Shown piece by piece: positions 52,120 to 64,000 of a DNA stretch of 64,000 nucleotides; positions within the stretch are counted from its first letter, which is position 1; every line of letters starts with the position of its first letter. A program made the translations under genes and the position numbers. Below the pieces are notes generated by a model. That model saw only the letters and a program-made list of their open reading frames with translations, had not been told where the DNA came from and ran no database searches. The DNA is from the human T2T-CHM13v2.0 reference genome, Homo sapiens, in NCBI RefSeq assembly GCF_009914755.1, contig NC_060943.1. One strand, written 5' to 3'.

Positions 52120-54582
52120 GTAAGAATCAAGCAACTGTGAATCCCTGTATGTCTCTTCCACCTGTTTCACTTCTGTCCATGCTCAAATCCATTGCCCTGG
52201 CCTAAATGGCCAAACCTCTTTCTTGGATTATTGACAACCATCTTACACCTGGTGGCCCTGCCACCCGCCTTCACATCCTGACATCTGTTCTCATAGCAGC
52301 CAAAGTGATCCTTAGGAAATGTAAGTCAGATTGCCATTCCTCAGCTCAAAAGCCTGTTTGGCTTATTTTTATTAAAGTTACAACCTCTTTAATTGACTTT
52401 TAGAGACCCTGTGATCTGCTCTTCATCCCCTCCCTGCCACCTCTCTAACTACATCTCCTGTCCTCTCCTTCTTGCTCTGTCTTTACCAGCCACTTTATTC
52501 TCCCTGCTGTTTCTCTGTCCTCCCAAGGGCACTGTGTTGCCTTTTGCTGGTACCCAGTGACCACAGACTGAGCAGACTGAGAGACAAACATTTATTATTT
52601 TTGTGTTCTTTAGGGATGAAGTCTGATACATCTCACTGGGCAATTATCAAGTTGTCTGTAGGGCTTCATGTTTTCTGGATGCTCTTGGGGAGAAGCCTTT
52701 ACTTTAGTTTATCAGTGTCTAGGCACTGTCCATACTCCTTGGCTCTTGCTTCCCTTCCTCCATCTTCAAAGGCAGCAACTTGCATCCCCATAGTCATGCT
52801 CCCTCTGCCACTCTTCTTATGCCTTCCTCTTTCACCTTTTGGGTCCCTTGTAATTGTTTTGATCACTCCTGGATAATCCAGGATGATCTTTCTGTTCTCT
52901 GGTTAACTGACTAGCAACCTTAATTGCATCTACAACCTCTGTTCCCCTGCTGTATAACAACGTGATCATAAGTCCTGGGGACTGGATGTGGACATCTTTT
53001 AGGAACCATTATTCTGTCTCTACAGAAGCTTCTGTCTCAGCCCTTACTTGCTCATCTCAGTCACTGGGATACTCTGTCACCTCAAAACCTTCTGGCATCT
53101 CCTTCAGTTATTCAAGTTTCTTTTCAGTTTTAAAGTCATGAGAGAAGCCATCCTAAACCACTCTCTTTATAATTCCATTCTATTTTGATTCTTCTTGTGC
53201 TCTCTTGTACCAAGTCTCACATACTTCTGTTTATCTGTCACTTCTACATGCTGGACTATAATGTCTAAGGAATTTTAACTCTTCGTGGCTGTATTTTCAG
53301 TGCCTAGAATGGTCCTGGTACATGGCAGGTTTCCAAATTTTTGTTAACCTGATATATGAGCTAATGAATGGGGTGACTTCACTGTCTCCTGAAATTATGG
53401 AGAGAACTAATAAGTGAAACACAAACTACGGTGAAAGAGAGATATTGCAGAACATGTTTTTTGTCTTCCAATGGCCATGTATTTAATTACAATGTTCTTA
53501 GATTCCGTTATTTGATTGCCTTGTGTGTTTACGGTGGACCCACATCCCATGGAAACTTCTAAGCATTCTATTTATTACCATACTGAGCTATATGCCTTCC
53601 ATATGACTTATCCTGGAGCTTTTCATAGGAAGCATATTCATTTCTGGAAAGAAATCATTTTTGAATGAGCATTCTGATGTCTACTAGTGAGACAGCTCTT
53701 CTACAAGGGGAAAAAATTCTCCATTTTGTGATGTGTCAGATAATAACCAGCTTCCCAGCTAGCTTTCCTTTGAGAGATTTACCCATCTGCAGCCCATTTG
53801 CCTTTCCAAAGTCTGCATGCACGTCACTGACCCCAGGTTTCTTCTTCTCCTGGGTGGGGAAGAATGAGGAAGAGAGCAACACAATTCATGCAGCTAAACA
53901 TTGCCTATATTTCTGGTCATCTTTGTTCAAAAATATGTATATTTCTGCACCTTCATTGTATACAGATTTAATTGTTAAAAACATAAAAGAATACAGATTT
54001 TACAACATAATTTTTCCTTTATTTTTTAGAGACCTAGTGCTCTATTTTCAACTTTATAACTTGGAAGGAATCAGGAAACTGCCCTCTCAAAATACTGACA
54101 TCCTGAAAGAGACTCTCTCTTCTCCCCAAAAACCTCTTAAGTAACAGTGTGTTAAATATATCCATATTCCAGCGTGTACCATTGGGTACATATTTACCTA
54201 TTACTGTTTTTCCAAGATTCAACCTTGGAAGTTAACTTTCCATTTGACTGACTTAATTTAGGACTTGGTAATATCCTGACCAAAGTTTTCAACATTTTTA
54301 TGATTGTGAGTCATAGTAAGAAACACATCTTTCACCATAACCAGGACAAACATTTTTCACGCATGTAGATGTCTATGGGTTACTTCAGTAGGCATTTCAT
54401 GAAATGATACCTTTCTTGCTTGTCATGAAGATGTGATCATTTCTTTTCTAGTTCTTTTTTTCTAAATGCTCATTAGAAGGTTTTAAATTTATTTTATAGC
54501 TCACTTTTTGTCTATATTCTTCCATTTGGAAATAAGTATAAAGGAGTATTTATCTATATCATATATTTTCTGCCCTCTTTTT

Positions 54583-55853
<1,271 letters not shown>

Positions 55854-56403
55854 CGAGCCCTGGTTTTACAAGTAATTTTTGAGGCTTCATTACATAGCCT
55901 TTATTTGTTGATTGATTCCCATGTGGCTAGTCAGTCTCCTGGGCCACTGATTCCATGTAACCTAAAGCCTCACCTTAAATCACGTTGCTCTTTGTGACAT
56001 AGGGGGCACCGACCCCCAAAGGCGTGGCCAGCCACAACCCTAAATCATATTGTTTCACTTTCCAGTGACCTAGTTTTACTCTCAAGCAAACAAAGACACT
56101 CTCCTCAGGCATAAACTCCTAGACATTACCTCTCAGATCCTGAGGAAAACATCTAGACCTCATTTTGAGTAAGGTTAATATCTTTACTTTGTAAGGATAC
56201 ACAATATAAACACAAATGTACCAAATCTTGATTATATTACTTTTGTTTAAAATTGGTTTTGATTCATATTTTATTATATACACAATTTATTAGCTTCATA
56301 ATTTACCATGCAAGATTTTAGACTGATTAGGAAATTCACTAGGAAGAGTAGCAGGTATAATGTTTGTATCATATTAATTTTATTATTGTCTTTTATTTTT
56401 ATT

Positions 56404-57080
56404 AAAAATTTTATTTCAGTAGTCTTTTTTTATTTTATTAAAGTATATACTGGTTTTTGGTTACATGGATGAATTGTCTAATGGTGAAGTCTGAGATTTT
56501 AGTGTACCCATCACCTGAGTAGTGTACATTGTACCCAACTTGTAGCTTTTTATCCCTTACCCTACCTTCCACCCTCCCCATTTTGAGTCTGCATAGTCCA
56601 TTATATCACTCTGTATGCCTTTGCATACCCATAGCTTAACTCCCACTTATAAGTGAAAACACGGTATTTGGTTTTCCATTCCTGAGTTACTTCACTTAGA
56701 ATAATAGCCTCCAGCTCCATCCAAGTTGCTGCAAAAGACATTATTTCATTTTTTTATGGCTGAATAGTATTCCATGGTGAATATATACCATATTTTCTTT
56801 ATCCACTCATTGGTTGATGGGCACTTAGGTTGGTTCCATGTCTTTGAAATTGTGAATTGTGCTGTAATAAATATAGGCATGCAGGTGTCCTTTTGATGTA
56901 AGGACTTCTTTTCCTTTGGGTAGATAGTAGTGGGATTGCTGGATCAAATGGTAGATCCACTTTTAGTTCTTTAGAGAATCTCCATACTGTATTTCATAGA
57001 GGTTGTACTAATTTACCTTCACACCAGCAGTGTATAGGCGTTTCTTTTCACCACACCCATGTCAACATCTATTGTTTTTC
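56404..57080 (-). mobile_element. L1PB-like 3' fragment in the last intron of ZNF224
   Basis: Antisense L1 3'UTR/ORF2; TSD-like GTCTTTTATTT(T/C)TAT at ~56388 and ~57081; absent in paralogues. Confidence 0.85.
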
Positions 57081-57290
57081 GTCTTTTATTTCTATCGAGT
57101 ATTTTACATATGATACTTGGTTTAGTTCGAAATTGGCCTCATCCAAACCAAAGATTATGGTGCACTTGAAAAATACAAACTGAATGTTGTCTATACTCAT
57201 GAGAGTTTCCTGCCATGGCCTAAGTGAAATCTTGATAACACTGAACAAAGGCTTCACTTGTCCTCATCTTTTAATTCTGTATTCTGATAG

Positions 57291-59179
57291 GAGACAAGAT
57301 CCAAACTGAGATGGAGACTGTTTCAGAAGCAGGAACACATCAAGAGTGGTCCTTCCAGCAAATCTGGGAAAAAATTGCAAGTGATTTAACCAGGTCTCAA
57401 GACTTGGTGATAAATAGCTCTCAGTTCTCCAAAGAAGGTGATTTCCCCTGCCAGACTGAGGCAGGACTATCTGTAATTCACACAAGACAGAAATCTTCCC
57501 AGGGCAATGGATATAAACCATCCTTCAGTGATGTCTCCCTCTTTGATTTTCATCAACAATTACACTCAGGAGAGAAATCTCATACGTGTGATGAGTGTGG
57601 AAAGAACTTTTGTTACATCTCAGCCCTTCGTATTCATCAGAGAGTCCACATGGGAGAGAAATGCTATAAGTGTGACGTGTGTGGTAAGGAATTCAGTCAG
57701 AGTTCACATCTGCAAACTCATCAGAGAGTCCACACTGGAGAGAAACCGTTCAAATGTGTGGAATGTGGGAAAGGCTTCAGTCGTAGATCAGCACTTAATG
57801 TTCATCACAAATTACACACAGGAGAGAAACCTTATAATTGTGAGGAATGCGGGAAGGCCTTCATTCACGATTCCCAGCTTCAAGAACATCAGAGAATCCA
57901 TACGGGGGAGAAGCCATTCAAATGTGATATATGTGGTAAGAGCTTCTGTGGTAGATCAAGACTTAATAGGCATTCCATGGTTCACACGGCAGAGAAACCA
58001 TTCCGATGTGATACGTGTGATAAGAGCTTTCGTCAGAGATCAGCACTTAATAGTCATCGCATGATCCACACAGGAGAGAAACCATACAAATGTGAGGAGT
58101 GTGGAAAAGGCTTTATTTGTAGGCGAGATCTTTATACGCATCATATGGTCCACACGGGAGAGAAGCCATATAATTGTAAAGAGTGTGGGAAGAGCTTCAG
58201 ATGGGCCTCGTGTCTTTTGAAACATCAGCGAGTCCACAGTGGAGAAAAACCATTCAAATGTGAAGAATGTGGGAAAGGATTTTACACAAATTCACAATGC
58301 TATTCCCACCAGAGATCCCATAGTGGAGAAAAACCATACAAATGTGTGGAGTGTGGGAAGGGCTACAAAAGGAGGTTGGATCTTGACTTTCACCAGCGCG
58401 TCCATACAGGAGAGAAACTGTATAATTGTAAGGAATGTGGGAAGAGCTTTAGTCGGGCCCCATGTCTTTTGAAACATGAGAGACTCCACAGTGGAGAAAA
58501 ACCATTCCAATGTGAAGAGTGTGGGAAGAGATTTACTCAAAATTCACATCTTCATTCCCATCAGAGAGTTCACACTGGAGAAAAGCCATACAAATGTGAG
58601 AAGTGTGGAAAGGGCTACAATAGTAAGTTTAATCTTGATATGCACCAGAAGGTCCACACAGGAGAGAGACCATACAATTGTAAGGAATGTGGGAAGAGTT
58701 TTGGCTGGGCCTCGTGTCTTTTGAAACATCAGAGACTGCACAGTGGGGAAAAACCTTTCAAATGTGAAGAGTGTGGGAAAAGATTTACTCAGAATTCACA
58801 GCTTCATTCTCATCAAAGAGTGCACACTGGAGAAAAGCCATACAAATGTGATGAGTGTGGGAAGGGCTTCAGCTGGTCCTCAACTCGTCTGACCCATCAG
58901 AGACGCCACAGCAGAGAAACACCTCTCAAATGTGAGCAGCATGGGAAGAACATTGTACAGAATTCATTCTCTGAAGTGCAAGAAAAAGTTCACAGTGTAG
59001 AAAAGCCATACAAATGTGAGGACTGTGGGAAGGGCTACAACAGGCGCTTGAATCTTGATATGCATCAGAGGGTCCACATGGGAGAGAAAACATGGAAGTG
59101 TAGGGAGTGTGATATGTGCTTTAGTCAGGCCTCAAGCCTTCGACTTCATCAGAATGTTCATGTTGGAGAAAAACCTTAG
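57291..59179 (+). CDS. ZNF224: ZNF224 zinc-finger exon (18 intact plus 1 degenerate C2H2); spliced CDS 2124 nt = 707 aa
   Basis: CTGATAG|GAGACAAG acceptor in phase with ORF 57311-59179; protein recognised as ZNF224. Confidence 0.97.
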
Positions 59180-59193
59180 TGATGTGATGGTGC

Positions 59194-59455
59194 AATAAAG
59201 TCTTCACTCAGTCTTCATGAATGCAGTCTCATCTGAAAGTTCACAAAGGAGAGACACATTAAAATATGAGGCACATAGTAAGCACTTCCCTTTGAGTATT
59301 TTATCTCTGAATCCATGCTGGTGATAAATTTCACCCATTCTTGGAAGAGGGAAAACATTTGTTTAAGATAACATCAGTGCTTCAGCCATAGCTCAGCATG
59401 CCCCAGTAGTCTCAGGACCACCATAATGGAGAATCCTTGTAAATGGTGCAATAAA
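59194..59455 (+). terminator. candidate poly(A) signals AATAAA at 59194-59199 and 59450-59455
   Basis: Hexamers downstream of the ZNF224 stop; usage not determinable from sequence. Confidence 0.35.
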
Positions 59456-60844
59456 GCTTCATTCAGAAGTTTGATAATTACAGCTATCATTCAGGAGACA
59501 GGCCTTAGAAAGAGTAAGAGTTCATGAATTTACCAGACTAATGGTGGACATGTCCAAATTGATGTCCACTAGAATGTAAACTACATGTGTCTTTGCTGCT
59601 AAGTCGTCACAGCCTTAACATTGATTAGCACTTTGTATGTGTTCAGTACTTGTTTGTTAAATCAATGAAAGGATAAAACATATGTATGGATTTGGATACA
59701 ATTTTGTGTATCCAAAAAGGGAAGCCTGCAAAAAATAATTCTGGGAAACATGAGTTGAAATGCAGAGTAAACTCAGTACTGCAATCCATAGCAATATTTT
59801 GCATATTATTATTTTTTCTTTTAAATTTTTTTCTTGATCAGATTTATCATATTCATTGAATATTATTTTATTGCACTTGGCTCCTGGCTTCCCCCCATCC
59901 TGTGCTCTGAAGTCAGAGTATTATTTGTGGCTCTATGAAATGTCCATTGCTTGTATACGGTATAAATTTAATTATCTTTTGTAGTTTTTCTCACAGTATA
60001 GACTGAAAAGGTTTGGTTAATTTTGCAATAACAGACCACTGCATATTTCACAATTAAGTGTTTTCAACAGTATTAAGGCAAGATTTACAGTAACACTTTT
60101 AAAGTGCCAGATGTACATTGACAGAAATTTTCTTAGTCAATCCTAGATTGATCATGATTTGTGATTTCTATGCAGGCCTTGGTATGATTGCCTTTTAATT
60201 GCTGTACAATTTCTTTTTTTTTTTTAACTTCTCTGGTATAAAATATTCTAAATTTGAATGACAGCTTTTGTCAACCTTCTTATCCAATATTCTTCCACCA
60301 ACGCTATGAAACAGGAAGAGAAAATGGAGTTTGGTAATTTCATCAAATATATTCATTATTGGGGGCAGGAGTAACATTTAAATCCTCCTCTTTATTGCTG
60401 GCCGTAAAAATATGTCTTTTGGAGAGCAGAACATGCCAGAATGTATAAGGTGCAACTGTTTGATATGAAAACCATAGGATAGGAAACTATGCCTATGACA
60501 CTAAAACTCCAAAAAGTAGAAGACCACATTGATGATGTCACTGCATTTTAAAATGGAAAGAACAAGTGTTCAAGAACAGGAATTTGTGTGAATTGCATTT
60601 ATTCCTATAATAATATGAACTCAATGAGATGATGACATAGACACAATAACAAAAGGAGAAAAACAATGTGGCTTTTTTTAGCCTTCATAACCTAATCAAA
60701 TAAATATCTTTGTGTGTTTTATGTTCTTTTGAGTGTTTACATACTGTGTAAATGAATATTTTTACTGATCTTTGCTGGCAATGAGTGTTTGCAGGCATTT
60801 TTCCATTTTATACTTCCATGCATTTTTAATTTTTTTATGCCACG

Positions 60845-61032
60845 ATCTTTTAAACAACCAGCTCTTGTGTGAATTAAGAGTGCGAACTCATTCATTACCA
60901 TGGTGGGGACACCAATGTTTATGAAGGATCTGCTTCCATGACCAAGCACTTTCCAATAGTCCCGACCTCCAACACTGGAGGTCATACTTCAACATGAGAT
61001 TTGGAGGGGATACATATTCAAACTATTGTCAG
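60845..61032 (-). mobile_element. MST-type MaLR LTR fragment
   Basis: CTCCAACACTGGAGGTCATACTTCAACATGAGATTTGGAGGGGA...CAAACTAT. Confidence 0.75.
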
Positions 61033-61309
61033 ATGTTAATTCATCAGGTATACACCATAGTAATATCTTAAGTGTGTTAAGTTAAAGTGATATATTTTCT
61101 AAGGTATAGAACAAATAGGGCTTATCACCCCCCTACAAGCAAAGAAAATGTCACAATGCTTAGTGTGCCATTTTTGATATTGGATGCAACTTATTGTTTC
61201 GATTGTGCTACTCTGACTTTTATGAGTGACCCAAAAACTTTGACTTGTCCCAGACAAGAGAAGTTTGTGTAATATGTCCCAGCTTCCACGTAAGCTTCTC
61301 TGCCACTAA

Positions 61310-62350
<1,041 letters not shown>

Positions 62351-62758
62351 CAACCAAAACTGAAAGCTGGTAATGAAACAAATACGTATACACGAACATT
62401 TGTAGCAACACTGTTCACTACAGCCAAAAGGTGAAAAGAAGCCAAATGTGCGTCAATGTATGAATGGAGAAACAAATTGTAGTATAAACATAAAATATTC
62501 ATCTATGAAAAGGAATGAAGTACTGATACGTGGTATGATGTGAATAACATTAAAAATATTATGCTAAGCAAAGGGAGTTAGAAACAAAATGTTCCATTCA
62601 TTTTTATGATTTGTCCAAAATAGGTAATAGAAAAGAGAGAAAGATTCATGTTTCCCCAGGAATGGGATTATGGACAACAGTAGTGATTGCTTAGTGGGCA
62701 TGGGGTTTTCTTTGGGTGATAAAAATGTTTTGTAATTCAAGAGGTGGTGGTTTCACAA

Positions 62759-63342
62759 TGAAGCAGCTACTTTGTCTGAGGTTTAAACCCGGGGTTCGTC
62801 GTTAAGCGCCAGAAAAATTTAGGACACGGACACACAAAAACTCCTCAGTTTAGGAGCGGAGGTTTAATAGGAAGAAGAGAAAGAGAAACGGGTTCCTCCA
62901 TAGAGGAAGGGGTCTCCGAGCGGAAAAGGGTCGGCTGGCAGTGAATGTGCTGAGTTTTACAGACCAGTTTGAGGAGGCAGTGTCTGATTTACATAGGGGT
63001 CATAGATTGGTTCGATCAGTTATGACGTTTACATAGTGCGTGGGGAAGGCTGGTCGCCCCACCCTAATCTTCTTATGCAAATAGGCTTCCCAGTTGATTG
63101 GCCCATCTTGCCAGCTTCTTACTGTGCACGTGGCTGACAAAGAGAAGGGAAGATGGAGCCGCCATCTTTAACATGATTGGCACAACTGCTGGTATCTATG
63201 TCTGCGGCAGCTGGATTTTACAGGCTGCTCTTCCTTAGGAAGGGAAATAATTTGGGGCTGCTTTTCATTAAAAAGAAAAGCCTTACCGAGGGCTCCCATA
63301 CCCTATCTGCCTAAGTGATGGCTTCTTAACTCGTATATATTA
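62759..63342 (-). mobile_element. ERV1 solo LTR (LTR9/MER50/MER61 group)
   Basis: Reverse strand starts TAATATATACGAGTTAAGAAGCCATCACTTAGGCAGATAG; 4-bp TSD ACAA; absent at paralogous site ~44480. Confidence 0.8.
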
Positions 63343-63739
63343 ACAACACTGTATTCGTACTAGATGCCATTGCCATTGAATTATGTGCCTTAAAATAATT
63401 TTGTTTTGTGAATTACACCTCAAAAATATTTTTTAAATAATAAAACGACCACGTTAAAAACGTTTTGCATAGCGAAAAACAAGTCAAAGGAAAAAAGCTT
63501 TTTGGTTGAGCAATATTTGATACAATGTTAATATGAGTATGTAAATAATACTTAACGGAGGGGAAAAAACTAAACACTCAATAGAAATGTGGGCAAACTA
63601 TTTGACCAATTCACAAAGACTATAATAGTGGCAACGGAAAATATGCACGGATGTTCCACTTTATTTACAAAAGAACAAATACAAATTAAAACTACATTTA
63701 GAAACCATTTCTTACCATTAGATTAGCAAAACTTAACTC

Positions 63740-64000
63740 CTCGAAGACTGTGTCTTCTCGCTTGTTCCCTTTCCAATAACACTCCTGTTATCATTGGAGG
63801 CGTTTAGACTTCAGAAATTCCTGTCTATTCAGTATTTTCTGTCCTGGACCAGGGAGAGAGAAGGACGACTCTCAGGATAACAGTTCACATTCCCCACTAG
63901 GCAGGCGCTCGTGGCTTTGGGATTCGTTCCCAGTGGGCACCTCGGAGTGGCAACGCTTCCCCCTGAAGAATGAGATTTTGAGCGTTTTTCCTTCAGCATT
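63740..64000 (+). promoter_or_regulatory. ZNF225: upstream part of a fourth paralogous promoter (ZNF225 by known gene order)
   Basis: Aligns with 2390-2580, 22655-22850 and 44845-45040 (CTCGCTTGTTCCC...AACACTCCTGT...TTAGACTTCA...GAAGGACGACTCTCAGG...GATTCGTTCCC). Confidence 0.7.

Noticed and set aside
53665-54144. 159-aa ATG ORF in the last intron of ZNF224
   Set aside because: No recognisable domain; the paralogous ZNF223 segment (~13660-14050) has indels that break the frame.
58040-58741. Repeated minus-strand ORFs (M.SLMFQKT.GP...)
   Set aside because: Antisense shadows of the 252-bp finger module.

Overview
Human (or very closely related great-ape) genomic DNA from the chr19q13.31 KRAB zinc-finger cluster. 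It holds three complete, tandem, + strand paralogues, each with a CpG-island promoter, a 15-nt start exon, KRAB-A (127 nt) and KRAB-B (93 nt) exons and a long C2H2 exon: ZNF223 (482 aa), ZNF284 (592 aa in this haplotype) and ZNF224 (707 aa). The upstream flank of a fourth paralogous promoter (ZNF225 by known gene order) begins at the right edge. The rest is mostly Alu, L1, MaLR/ERV LTRs (including an HML-2 LTR5 solo LTR), DNA transposons and U6/7SL retropseudogenes. I see no wholly new biological system. Comparing the three paralogues does reveal unusual structure: (1) an L1 inserted inside a zinc finger gives ZNF223 and ZNF284 an L1-encoded hydrophobic C-terminus and strands their original last fingers beyond a 16-bp target-site duplication; (2) a fossil minus-strand zinc-finger exon of a different subfamily lies between ZNF284 and ZNF224; (3) promoters are built from ~71-72-bp repeats carrying ZNF143/THAP11-type SBS motifs; (4) at least four paralogue-specific templated insertions are present, including a ~96%-identical inverted copy able to form a non-Alu dsRNA in ZNF284 pre-mRNA. 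Gene symbols and repeat subfamily names are from recognition, not database searches; repeat boundaries without a stated TSD are approximate.
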